A stretch of 64,000 bases of DNA from Oceanispirochaeta sp. GTDB lineage: Bacteria; Spirochaetota; Spirochaetia; DSM-2461. Under the pieces are notes generated by a model. The model saw only the letters and a list, made by a program, of their open reading frames with translations. It ran no database searches and was not told the origin of the DNA. The position numbers and the translations under genes are program-made. The stretch is from positions 241,761-305,760 of the forward strand of contig CAXXVE010000002.1 of assembly GCA_963676905.2 (NCBI GenBank), written 5' to 3'. Shown here in pieces: positions 39,908-49,463 of this stretch. Each line of letters opens with the position of its first letter. The first letter of the stretch is position 1.

Positions 39908-40828
39908 TCATTCTTTCAATTCTTTAACGTAGTCTTCTATTGCTTCTCGGGTTGTAAGCCATTCTTTATTAAGCTTTACTGCGGAAATTCTCCCTTTTCT
40001 TGCCAAGAGTGACAAATACTCTTGTGAATAATCACAGTATTCTGATGCCTCTCTTAAATTTATCAACCCTTGTTTCTCTGACGTATTTGGTTTAATGCTG
40101 TTCAGATATATTATCAGTGATCGTTCTATAGCGCGACCAATAAAATTCTCTAAGCTCTCTTCTTTACCTACATTGGCTTCATTTAATACTCTGTAATATT
40201 TCTTTCTATCTACTTTCAATATTACTGTTGGTGGAAAACCATGCTTCATTAGAATCAGATTCATCAGCAGCCGTGCTACTCTTCCGTTACCGTCTATAAA
40301 AGGGTGTATACAAACGAACTTATAGTGAAACTGTGCTGCTAAGATAGGAATTGGTAATGTATGCAGATTGGCATAATACCAGGTGAAAAGATCTGACATT
40401 AACGCTTTAACCTTAATTGCCTGAGGAGGAATTATCCTGGCTCCGACAATTCTAACATTATGGCGACGATATGCTCCTGCCTCGAGATCATCAATTCCTT
40501 TGAGTATTAATCTATGGAGTTCCCGTAGCACATCCTCTGTCAGTTCTGTGCTTTTAGAGATCAATGATTCTATGTATAGAATCCCCTTTTTATGGTTGAT
40601 TGCTTCAAGATGCTCATTAACAGTCCTTCCACCAATCGTAACACCTGTGTTGAGGACAATCTCTGTTTCATTGAGAGAAAGTGTATTTCCTTCTATTGCA
40701 TTTGAGTTGTAAGTCCATTCTAGAGCGAACTGCTCATTTAATTTTCTTACTATGGAGGGATTTAGTGGTCTGTGAGAGTCTAATTCTCTCTTTTTGCCTT
40801 CAATACTGTTTAATAGCTTATCTTCCAT
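39908..40828 (-). CDS. Fic protein (class II) with C-terminal excisionase-like HTH; cassette gene
   Basis: SNAIEGN inhibitory motif, HPFIDGNGRVAR, C-terminal LREASEYC..YLSLLARKG. Confidence 0.92.
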   Translation of the reverse strand: MEDKLLNSIEGKKRELDSHRPLNPSIVRKLNEQFALEWTYNSNAIEGNTLSLNETEIVLNTGVTIGGRTVNEHLEAINHKKGILYIESLISKSTELTEDVLRELHRLILKGIDDLEAGAYRRHNVRIVGARIIPPQAIKVKALMSDLFTWYYANLHTLPIPILAAQFHYKFVCIHPFIDGNGRVARLLMNLILMKHGFPPTVILKVDRKKYYRVLNEANVGKEESLENFIGRAIERSLIIYLNSIKPNTSEKQGLINLREASEYCDYSQEYLSLLARKGRISAVKLNKEWLTTREAIEDYVKELKE

Positions 40829-40856
40829 ATCGGTTCCTTGCGATTTTCATCTATCC

Positions 40857-40888
40857 GATATTGTAAGGCATAAATTAATTTCATGCAA
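40857..40888 (-). promoter_or_regulatory. Cassette-internal promoter TTGCAT-17-TACAAT overlapped by an imperfect palindrome
   Basis: Minus strand TTGCAT GAAATTAATTTATGCCT TACAAT immediately after the GTTATAT core. Confidence 0.65.
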
Positions 40889-40986
40889 ATATAACGCCGT
40901 TTTTAGCTGATTCCGTCAGTAGGCACGATTGTTGCGAATGCAAGAATCGTGACATCCCGACTGACAGCTTCAAAAGCTCGTTATGT
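40889..40986 (-). repeat. attC site, 98 bp
   Basis: atataac..gttatgt; tttt-tagctg/cagctt-c-aaaa; cacgatt/aatcgtg hairpin. Confidence 0.9.
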
Positions 40987-40991
40987 ACCCC

Positions 40992-42068
40992 TTATTTCTT
41001 TAGTAACTCATAAAGGGGTCTGTTTACATAAATGATTTCTTTTCCTAAGCGAAAAGATTCAAGTACTCCTATTGCTTCTAATTCTTTGAGATATTTGCTG
41101 GCTGTTCTTCTTTCTGCTATTCCTGCATCTACCAAATAAGCAATTTTAGTGTATGGCTGAATGAACAATAACTCAACCAATTCTTTTGAATATATTGTCT
41201 TAGGAAGTTTTTCTTTGCATATATCAATTGTTTGATCTAGCAGACTTGCTATCGATGAAATTATTCCATATGTCTCCTTGGCAGTCTCTTCCACTGCTTT
41301 CAACATATAGATTATCCACTCCTCCCAGTTTTCATTTACATGCATGTCCTGTAGGAGTCGATAATATTCTGATTTATTCCTGATAATATAAGAGCTAAGA
41401 AACAGTATCGGTGAATCTAATAATCTCTGAAGGACAAGATATAGTACATTTATTATTCTGCCTGTCCTTCCGTTGCCATCATAAAATGGGTGAATTGATT
41501 CGAACTGGTAGTGAATGATTGCCATTTTGATCAGTGGGTCTGTACCATCTTCTTGATGGATGTATTTCTCAAGATTTGATAATAGATCAAGTATGACATG
41601 TTCATTGTCAGGTGGTGTATATATCACGTCACCGGTTCTATCATTTACTAAGCTGGTTCCTGGTAGTTTTCTGAAACCAGCCGAATTTTGCTCCAGCTCT
41701 TCCTGAATCGAGAGAATTGTATTTATCCGAAGTAAGTTGCTTTCTTTAATTTGCTTATATCCAAGCCATAGCGCAGATCTATAATTAAGAACCTCTTTGG
41801 TATTTGGATCTATATTTGTTTGTTTTGCCACCATAGCCTTATATAGGTCATCCTGGGTTGTTATGATATTTTCTATTTCAGAACTGGCTGATGCTTCTTT
41901 CAGGATTATTGAACTTAATAAAATTGAATCATTCGGTAGTAATGAGCAATAACCCTTTAACTTTGCTAACTCCCGGTTAGCACTGATTGCCTGCTTGAGA
42001 ACACTCTTTGACTCAATATCATATTTTGGTGGTAGTTTTGGTAATTCGTTGTTTGCTTGCTTACTCAT
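40992..42068 (-). CDS. Fic protein with Fic_N domain and C-terminal wHTH (SoFic-like); cassette gene
   Basis: EASASSEIENI, HPFYDGNGRTGR, AERRTASKYLKEL. Confidence 0.92.
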   Translation of the reverse strand: MSKQANNELPKLPPKYDIESKSVLKQAISANRELAKLKGYCSLLPNDSILLSSIILKEASASSEIENIITTQDDLYKAMVAKQTNIDPNTKEVLNYRSALWLGYKQIKESNLLRINTILSIQEELEQNSAGFRKLPGTSLVNDRTGDVIYTPPDNEHVILDLLSNLEKYIHQEDGTDPLIKMAIIHYQFESIHPFYDGNGRTGRIINVLYLVLQRLLDSPILFLSSYIIRNKSEYYRLLQDMHVNENWEEWIIYMLKAVEETAKETYGIISSIASLLDQTIDICKEKLPKTIYSKELVELLFIQPYTKIAYLVDAGIAERRTASKYLKELEAIGVLESFRLGKEIIYVNRPLYELLKK

Positions 42069-42071
42069 ATA

Positions 42072-42171
42072 ATGTACATAATATCATCTTTCATGTACAT
42101 GTCAATCTATCGTGTGCATGTTTATAGGATTTTTGCCCACGTCATCGTTCTCATGTGCATTCTGTGTACAT
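42072..42171 (-). promoter_or_regulatory. Cassette-internal promoter (TTGACA-16-TATTAT) with five RTGTRCAT boxes
   Basis: Boxes at 42072, 42093, 42112, 42153 and 42164 (+ strand). Confidence 0.6.
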
Positions 42172-42274
42172 AACTCCCAAATCAATTGCGTTTTCGTCCC
42201 AAAGGGGTGGCGGACAATTTGCGTAAGCAAATTTGTGTGCCAAAGAAAACGTCAATTGCATTTGATTGTTATCT
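42168..42274 (-). repeat. attC site, 107 bp
   Basis: acataac..gttatct; aaat-caattg-cgttttc / gaaaacg-T-caattg-C-attt with two extrahelical bases. Confidence 0.95.
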
Positions 42275-42289
42275 GGTCTTTCATCTTCT

Positions 42290-43078
42290 TTATTCAGTTC
42301 CATATGAACTATTTAAATATCTAACAACGCTTTGTATAGATTTACTATTTGGATCAATAAAATCCATATGAAAACCTCCCTCTATTTCAACAAAGGAGAA
42401 CTGAGTGTCAGAACTATCACTAATTTCCGCAAACTTTCTTGTCATTTCAATTGATAGATATTCATCGTTATCGCCATGGAAAATAGTTATTGGAGTTTTT
42501 ATCGGAAGCAGTTCAATTGGTGAGGCATTTTTATATCTTTCGAGGTTTTCTTCTGGAGAACATTGTAGTAATTCTTTAACAGCTTGATTTCCGGAATTAT
42601 TTCGATAACAGCCTATTAAATCTAAAATCGGTGCTAATCCAACAATATGTCTTGGATTGATCTCTACTTTATTTTTTTTAATATTATTATTAGTTCCTAA
42701 CCATATTGCTAAATGTCCACCAGCTGAATGACCCATTAAAATAATTTCATTCAAATCGATTTTATCATAAGTTTTTTTTAATTGAATTAAATGATTAATA
42801 GAGTCTATTGAATCTTCAAATGGATCTATCCATTTCCGATTAGATGATCCGGTTCGCCGATATTCAATATTCCATACAATATAGTTTTCTTGTAATAATT
42901 TTTCACAGACTTGATCCATTTGGTGAAGATCATATGGCATTTTCCAAAAACCACCATGAAAGAGACATATTGTCCCTTTTATATATCCTTTGGGAATATA
43001 TAAGTTACCATATTGGGAAATGTCCTTACCATATGCTGAATTAATTAATGTATTTTCTTCAATAATATTCAATTGCAT
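42290..43078 (-). CDS. alpha/beta hydrolase (esterase/lipase, BD-FAE-like); cassette gene
   Basis: FHGGFW, NIEYRR, GHSAGGH, HGDND, GFHMD. Confidence 0.88.
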   Translation of the reverse strand: MQLNIIEENTLINSAYGKDISQYGNLYIPKGYIKGTICLFHGGFWKMPYDLHQMDQVCEKLLQENYIVWNIEYRRTGSSNRKWIDPFEDSIDSINHLIQLKKTYDKIDLNEIILMGHSAGGHLAIWLGTNNNIKKNKVEINPRHIVGLAPILDLIGCYRNNSGNQAVKELLQCSPEENLERYKNASPIELLPIKTPITIFHGDNDEYLSIEMTRKFAEISDSSDTQFSFVEIEGGFHMDFIDPNSKSIQSVVRYLNSSYGTE

Positions 43079-43131
43079 GCACCTTCGATTCTTGATTATC
43101 AACTTCTTTTATTTCTTTAATATTTTTCTCA

Positions 43132-44440
43132 TGTTCTCTCCACTACATAGTTACCAAAAGTCCAACCTCTTCAGTTACACACGCGGAATGAATTCATAGT
43201 CCAGTATATCATATATTTTAAGCTCATGTTCATTCAGATAGCCCAAGAAGAACTCTCGGAACCAGACACGATAGATTCCATTTCCTATGTCTTTGAATCC
43301 AAGTTTTTTCTCTTTGAATGCTGTCCCTACAAATATACTGTCTTTCTTACCGACTCTGATTATTCCATTCTTGCAGATATATCGTACTTTGTATTCAGGC
43401 GGGTAATGCCACTCTTTTATCTCATTCGGATACCGTCTTTTAGAACGTTCATAAACTGTTTTGGGTGTAACCATACCAAGGGCTTCATGAGGTCTTTCCT
43501 CGTTATACTCTTTGGTAAATCTGTTGAACTTTATCTGCTGACTTCTCAGTGATTTACCTGGTTCAATGCATGCTTCTGCTTTCAATTCTCTATGCATTCT
43601 TTCATGACTTCCATTCTGCTGCGGAGAGGCCGGATCGCTGAACACCGGATAGATCCCAAGTTCCATTAACCAAACAGAAAATTGTGTATACCGACCAAGG
43701 GATCTTATGTTGGCAAACGGGGAACCATTGTCTGTGTGCAACTGTTCGGGAAGTCCATATTCTTTGAATACAGCCTCAAAAACAGGCTTAGACTGCGTTA
43801 AATTGGGCCTGGAGAGCCCTTTTATGCGTATGATGTACTTACTGAAGTTATCGCAAATGGTAAGCGGATAGCAGTACTTCTTGTCTCCAGTCCTGAACTC
43901 ACCTTTATAGTCGGCACTCCATATCTCATTACAATGATCGGCTATGAACTTGGGATAGCGTTTCTCAATATGCACATGTCTTTTACGTTCCGGAATGAGA
44001 TCATTCTTTTTGAGTATGTTGTTTATTGTGGACTTGCAGGGAATATGAGAATAAATGCCATCCTTCTCAAGGCGCCATCGTATTTTTTTCCCACCCCATC
44101 GTTTATGCTGACTTCTTATTTCAAGAATACGTTCTTCAATCGCTGCTGGAGTTTTATTCGGTGAATGGTGAGGAGCACGGGATTTTGGTTGAAGTCCTGC
44201 CATTCCCTCTTCCTGGTATCGTTTAATGTATTTGTAACCAGTAGTCCTGCTGATACAAAAATCTTTACATAGGCCAGAGAAAGTAAATCGATCTGTACTC
44301 CAAATTAAGATGAACTCTTCTTTTTGATCCATAATCGTTTTCTCCATTAAAGGCATGATCGTCTCCTTTATTGTAAACCATCTGCCTTTAACTGTAATTT
44401 ATCTACTTGGATCTTTGTCCACTATGTTATTAATCCGTAC
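43132..44440 (-). mobile_element. IS481-like insertion sequence, about 1.3 kb
   Basis: Imperfect IRs ACATAGTGGACAAAGATCCAA / ACATAGTTACCAAAAGTCCAA; ctca duplicated at 43128-43131 and 44441-44444 (tentative TSD). Confidence 0.75.
43175..44356 (-). CDS. DDE transposase (IS481 family, rve core)
   Basis: HTH, WSADYKG, TDNGSPF, PQQNGSHERMHRELK, YNEERPHEAL. Confidence 0.9.
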   Translation of the reverse strand: MPLMEKTIMDQKEEFILIWSTDRFTFSGLCKDFCISRTTGYKYIKRYQEEGMAGLQPKSRAPHHSPNKTPAAIEERILEIRSQHKRWGGKKIRWRLEKDGIYSHIPCKSTINNILKKNDLIPERKRHVHIEKRYPKFIADHCNEIWSADYKGEFRTGDKKYCYPLTICDNFSKYIIRIKGLSRPNLTQSKPVFEAVFKEYGLPEQLHTDNGSPFANIRSLGRYTQFSVWLMELGIYPVFSDPASPQQNGSHERMHRELKAEACIEPGKSLRSQQIKFNRFTKEYNEERPHEALGMVTPKTVYERSKRRYPNEIKEWHYPPEYKVRYICKNGIIRVGKKDSIFVGTAFKEKKLGFKDIGNGIYRVWFREFFLGYLNEHELKIYDILDYEFIPRV

Positions 44441-44448
44441 CTCAATCC

Positions 44449-44556
44449 AGATAACGCCTTCATAACCCGCACGGCGTACATGGCGCTGTTTTTGTCGAGC
44501 GGAGCGACTTACAAAAACTGTTACATAGCCGGGTCGGGTTCATGAAATTGTTATAT
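44449..44556 (-). repeat. attC site, 108 bp
   Basis: agataac..gttatat; ttcat-aacccg / cgggtt-C-atgaa; gtttttgt/acaaaaac hairpin. Confidence 0.95.
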
Positions 44557-44567
44557 GTCATCCATTT

Positions 44568-45614
44568 TCAATTGCTAACGATTACAATCGAATGAACTAC
44601 ATCTCCAAATTTATTATCCGGCATTGGCTCTTCAAGTTCTATCCATTGATCATTTACCCAATATCCAGGATAAAATCGCCTATTTGCAGATCTATGTCCT
44701 GCAGTTATTACATTATCTCTATATACAACGATAGTATTTAGGTAGTATTTTTCTTCTTCTGGTGCGAGCTCAATCCATTCCTCATTTTTCCAATAGCCAT
44801 TTCTATTAACAGCTAAATAAATATCTTCTTTCACCTTAATCATTTCTCGAACTGAATTATATGAATCTTTATCAGGAGATTTAATCTCATTCCATTCTTC
44901 ATTCAACCAATACCCTGAAATCATTTCTTTATTTTCATTTTTGCAAAATCCGAGCAAATATAGATCATTATCAATGATTTTGATTGAACTGACTTCACCA
45001 TTTGTCATATTTCGTGGAACTGGTAAATCTTTCCATTCGCTATTAATATAATACCCTGGCGAATCACTAAATTCGGACATAGCTTGATAGCTTCCGGTCC
45101 AATATATATTATTATTGTAAATTGTAAATGAACTTAAAATTCGGTTATCGGTTAAAGGATCAGATAGTGATGTCCAACTTCCGTTTTTCCAATAGCCTGA
45201 TACAACATTACCTAACTCATTATAATAAGAACCAGCTGCATATATATTATCTTTTTCAAGAATAACTGTTTCAATAAATCCCTTCCAGCTCTCTTCTGGT
45301 AAGTCTAACTCATTCCATTTGCCATTTATCCAATAACCAGGTATCCAACCTTGTCCTTCAACACGAATATATCCTCCAACAACAATAAATTCTTTATTTG
45401 CTGCGAGTGCATATGTTCCGCAATTATCCATTTGATCAGGATTCTCAATATCTATCCATGTACCATTTTCCCAATAACCAGGAATTGTTTTTCCTGTCAT
45501 ATCTGGAGCAGAACCTAATGCATATATTGAATAAGAGTAGTCACACCCAGAAATGAATATAAAAACAGTGATTAATAGTAAAAAATAAGTGAACGTTTTT
45601 ATTTCTTTTAACAT
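44568..45614 (-). CDS. Lipoprotein with about 7 GYWxNGxWxxL repeats (beta-propeller-like); cassette gene
   Basis: Lipobox ISG-C; repeats GYWENGTW, GYWINGKW, GYWKNGSW, GYWLNEEW, GYWVNDQW; start ATG 45614. Confidence 0.8.
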   Translation of the reverse strand: MLKEIKTFTYFLLLITVFIFISGCDYSYSIYALGSAPDMTGKTIPGYWENGTWIDIENPDQMDNCGTYALAANKEFIVVGGYIRVEGQGWIPGYWINGKWNELDLPEESWKGFIETVILEKDNIYAAGSYYNELGNVVSGYWKNGSWTSLSDPLTDNRILSSFTIYNNNIYWTGSYQAMSEFSDSPGYYINSEWKDLPVPRNMTNGEVSSIKIIDNDLYLLGFCKNENKEMISGYWLNEEWNEIKSPDKDSYNSVREMIKVKEDIYLAVNRNGYWKNEEWIELAPEEEKYYLNTIVVYRDNVITAGHRSANRRFYPGYWVNDQWIELEEPMPDNKFGDVVHSIVIVSN

Positions 45615-45634
45615 AAAATCTCCAATTTTTGTCC

Positions 45635-45733
45635 ATATAACACCCTTTTTAGCTGCAGGAGGTGGCAGCGTGCAAAATGAATGCATATACCTGGAACCTG
45701 ACCCCGACTGTCTGCTACAAAAGATTGTTAAGT
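45635..45733 (-). repeat. attC site, 99 bp, closing HUH cassette copy B
   Basis: atataac..gttaagt; ctttt-tagc / gcta-C-aaaag; identical to 51215-51313 beyond the crossover. Confidence 0.9.
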
Positions 45734-46604
45734 CAGCATCATTTATAAGAAATTCAATTATTCTGCGGACTTACCTGAATAGTCTTTTCTTCTGAGAAAA
45801 TAGTAAACGAGAGGCGTTCATAAGTAAAGGAGTTTAAAAATTTCAGAGAATCTGTTTCTGAGGTATTATATTTGCAATATGGCTGCTTTTGGAGACAGTC
45901 CTCGATTATGAATCTGTCTTCGTAGATGTTCATGCTATTCCTAAAAGTTGGCCGTGGCCTGGTGGCCAGCAATACTTTGACAGATATAATCTTACTATCA
46001 GCGGAAGAGGTTTCCCTCGACCAAAGACATCGATAGTTTCCAAGGGTGTATCGCATTCTGGACATGTCTCTTCGTCATCAATGATTTCTTTAACCCCACC
46101 AAGCTCTTCCACACGGATTCTTTCCAGTGTTTCAACTTGCCGGTTAGAATACAATCCATAGTTCCTGATCGTGACTGTTCCTTTCGGTGGTACATGATTA
46201 AAGTAGCGTTCTCTGAATATCCGCATACTGAGTACTGTCTTTCTCGTTTCACCACGATATCTCTCGTAAATTGTCGCGGTATCGTTATAGTTATCGAAAT
46301 CAATGTCTTCTATATCCGAAATAAACCCACAGATGGATTTAGACAGGTAATCAACAATATTGTCTCCATTGAACTTATGGATGGCCGGATAAACAGTGTA
46401 CTCCCTATCCTGGCAGTTTCTTGTTTCAAAGCGGACAGTATTTCTTTTCACACCGGACAATTTCTTAATAAAATGCGGAAGTGTGAGCAACGCTGTTAAA
46501 GTTCCTATAATCAGCGGCGAAAAAGTTCCGCTTTTACAGACATAAAAAGGGGCAAATATCCTAAAGTAGGGTTACCACACCAACTACGAAAGGAACCTGC
46601 CCCT

Positions 46605-47885
46605 ATGTGTCTAAAGGAAGATCGCATGCACGTTGCGCGCATCATGGCCAATCAAGGCCACACACAAAAGTACATAGCCGAGTATCTCGGCGTCAGCGAC
46701 CGAATGGTCAGAAAATACCTGACCCCCGAGTTCGGAACCCACCCCCGGAAATCCCGGGAAAGCATCCTTAAACCATTCCATCCCATCATAGAAGATACAC
46801 TGGAAAATGATCCATACTTTAATTTGGTTTATCTTCACGAAAGACTGCAAAAAGCCGGTTACTCAGGCAAAATAACAATCCTTAGAGACTATGCCCGGCA
46901 GTATAGAAAGAAACTCATCGAGAAGGCTGTCATCCGGTTTGAGACAGAGCCTGGCCGTCAGGCTCAGGTGGACTGGAAAGAGTGCGGCAAAATGGAAATT
47001 GACGGCCAGATCCAGAAGGTCTATGCCTTTGTCATGTTGATGGGTTACAGCCGTATCCCCTTTGTGCAGTTTACCCTGGACATGACTTCAGCAACGCTAC
47101 TCCAGGCCCATCTGAAAGCATTCCAATACTTTGGTGCCGTTCCACAGGAAATCCTTTATGACAACATGAGAACGGCCTGGTACAACAGCGGCGGTGTCTG
47201 GCAGGTAAACTCACAACTCCTGGAGTTCGCTTCAGCCTGTGGCTTCAGACCTCTTCGCTGTCAGGTTCGCAGACCTCAGACGAAAGGAAAAGTTGAGCGT
47301 TTCATCGGCTATCTGGGGCACAGCTTCCTGATCCGTGAAGAGGCTTTGAAGTCATGTACTCTACAGGATCTTAATCAATCCGTTATCGAGTGGATCTCTA
47401 GAGTCGTGGAAACACAAATGAGTCAGTTCCGGCAGACACGGAAAGAGCGCTTTGACTATGAGAAGCAGTTTATGAATCCCTGGAATCCGGGGGCGGCTCC
47501 CGATGTGAGACTTGTGAAAGAACTGCTAGTTTCTCGGGAAGGCGTAATTCGCTATGAAACCAATACATACAGTGTCCCTGCTGATCATATCGGACAGACT
47601 GCAACGCTGAAGATTGACACACTGGAGAGAACCGCCGATGTCACCGTTGCTGGAAAGGTCGTAAGGTCTGTGGATATTCTGGCGAAAGGCGCTAAATCAG
47701 TCTCAATCCGCAAGGCCGACCGGGACTCTCTTCTGAAACGGTGGAAACGGGAGAACCGGCAGAGCCTAAGGGCAATTGTAGGCCGTTCAGAAAAAAGGGA
47801 TACTCCTCACTCATCGCTGATTCAGACTGAAGTCGAAATACGCCATCCCAATCACTATGATCAGATAATCGGAGTTGGCGCATGA
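46605..47885 (+). CDS. istA: IS21 transposase
   Basis: RFETEPGRQAQVDW, ILYDNM, RPQTKGKVER. Confidence 0.95.
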   Translation: MCLKEDRMHVARIMANQGHTQKYIAEYLGVSDRMVRKYLTPEFGTHPRKSRESILKPFHPIIEDTLENDPYFNLVYLHERLQKAGYSGKITILRDYARQYRKKLIEKAVIRFETEPGRQAQVDWKECGKMEIDGQIQKVYAFVMLMGYSRIPFVQFTLDMTSATLLQAHLKAFQYFGAVPQEILYDNMRTAWYNSGGVWQVNSQLLEFASACGFRPLRCQVRRPQTKGKVERFIGYLGHSFLIREEALKSCTLQDLNQSVIEWISRVVETQMSQFRQTRKERFDYEKQFMNPWNPGAAPDVRLVKELLVSREGVIRYETNTYSVPADHIGQTATLKIDTLERTADVTVAGKVVRSVDILAKGAKSVSIRKADRDSLLKRWKRENRQSLRAIVGRSEKRDTPHSSLIQTEVEIRHPNHYDQIIGVGA

Positions 47886-48646
47886 ACGTACTCAGGGAGA
47901 CCATTGAAACCCGCTTGAATGAGCTGGGACTTGAGTTCATGGCTGCAGGACTGGAAAGCTATCTGGAAGCTCAGTCTCATACCGAGAATACGCTGACACA
48001 ATCAATTGCAGACCTGTTGGAGCTGGAGTATATTCCCCGGAAAGAACGAGCTGCCAAGAGTCGTCTGAAGCTCTCAGGAATGCCCTGTATCAAGCTGCTA
48101 GAAGACTTTGATCCGGCGTGGCTTAAGGGCGGTCTGACCGCCAGTCAGTTAGCCGATCTTTCTAGTTTGGCATTTATTGAAAGGAAGGAGAATCTGGTCC
48201 TGATGGGACCCAGCGGTCTGGGAAAGACCCACCTGATGCTGGCCCTGGCTCACAAGGCCTGTCTGAATGGTTTTACGGTGTGGTACACAAGCTGCATCGA
48301 CCTGATGGAGAACCTCACCAATGCTCGTGAACAGGGGCGATTAAAGCGGCGGCTAACCTGGTTACGGAAACCTCATTTGATCCTGGTCGATGAAGTCGGC
48401 TACGAGAACCTGACCAAAGAACAGGCCAACCTGTTTTTTCAGATGGTGAATACACGCTACGAACAGGGAAGCGTGATAATCACGACGAATAAACCCTTCG
48501 GTCGTTGGGCTGAGATCCTGGGTGATGAGGCCATTGCTACGGCGACCATCGACAGGCTGCTCCATCATGCTCATGTATTGAGCCTCAAAGGTGATTCATA
48601 CCGGATGAAAGACCGGTTGAAAATAGGGATCGTTGATCCTGTTTAA
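47882..48646 (+). CDS. istB: IS21 AAA+ ATPase helper
   Basis: GPSGLGKTH, ILVDEVGY, ITTNKPF..W, IDRLLHH, GDSYR. Confidence 0.95.
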   Translation: MNVLRETIETRLNELGLEFMAAGLESYLEAQSHTENTLTQSIADLLELEYIPRKERAAKSRLKLSGMPCIKLLEDFDPAWLKGGLTASQLADLSSLAFIERKENLVLMGPSGLGKTHLMLALAHKACLNGFTVWYTSCIDLMENLTNAREQGRLKRRLTWLRKPHLILVDEVGYENLTKEQANLFFQMVNTRYEQGSVIITTNKPFGRWAEILGDEAIATATIDRLLHHAHVLSLKGDSYRMKDRLKIGIVDPV

Positions 48647-49352
48647 TTTTACCCAAAAGCGGAACTTTTAAACCGATGAATTCAGGAACTTTTTAGGCGT
48701 TGTTGACAGCGGAAGCAGAGTTTCCCGTACTGTATCACAGATAATAGAGTATTTCATTGAAGGATAAGATTCGAACCAGTCATTCTCTGCGTTGACTCCT
48801 CCATCCGTGACGATACAGTGCATATGCGGTTTATAGGCAAGACCGACACTATGGCTTTGGAAGACAAGTATTACCCCAGGGGTTATCCCTGATTCTTTGC
48901 ACATATTCTTGAATCCAAGATCTACCGCATGGAAAAACGAACTGATGAACTGCCGACGATCTATCAGCCATAGCGTATTCATTTCTTCTGGGAGAGAGAC
49001 TATCAGATGATAATGCCCCATGGGTAATATCTTGGCGTGCATTTTACGGTTCCACTTTGCCTGATTCTTTTTAGAGCAATTCGGGCAACCCCGTTGATTG
49101 CAGGGATTGTATAAAACTGTATGGGTATGACATTTTGGGCAGTAGACGACACGTCCTCCCAAATCGATTGTACGGCAGGATAGAATATTGCTTGCGGCTT
49201 GTGCCTGTTCTTTATCTAATAGAGCTCCCGGCGTGGTTGCCCATATTTCGACCTGTGACATAAAATCCCCCATTGCCATGCAATGGGGAACTGCTGAAAA
49301 CAGTTTAGTGCTTCAATTCTTCAGGATTTTTTTTGATTTTTTTCTCATGTCG

Positions 49353-49463
49353 ACTTAACGCCCTTTTGAGCTGCAGCTCGTTTACTGGCGTGAAATCTGC
49401 CTGCGAAGCAGAACAGCAGATTTCATGATCAGTAGAGCTGACTGCTCCAAAAGATTGTTACAT
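49353..49463 (-). repeat. attC site, 111 bp
   Basis: acttaac..gttacat; ctttt-gagc / gctc-C-aaaag; tgaaatctgc/gcagatttca hairpin; R'' overlaps the stop codon. Confidence 0.95.

Larger units (their letters stand above)
46482..48708 (+). mobile_element. IS21-family element, 2227 bp, with 7-bp TSD GCGGAAG
   Basis: TG..CA ends; IRs TGTGAGCAACGCTGTTAAAGTTCCT / TGTCAACAACGCCTAAAAAGTTCCT; TSD at 46475-46481 and 48709-48715. Confidence 0.95.
45930..49279 (-). pseudogene. IS91-like HUH endonuclease copy B, split by IS21
   Basis: 48709-49279 and 45930-46481 are nearly identical to the two halves of 51510-52625. Confidence 0.92.

Noticed and set aside
42319-42325. ATCTAAC core-like heptamer
   Set aside because: It lies inside the esterase CDS with no matching stem; the real attC is 42168-42274.
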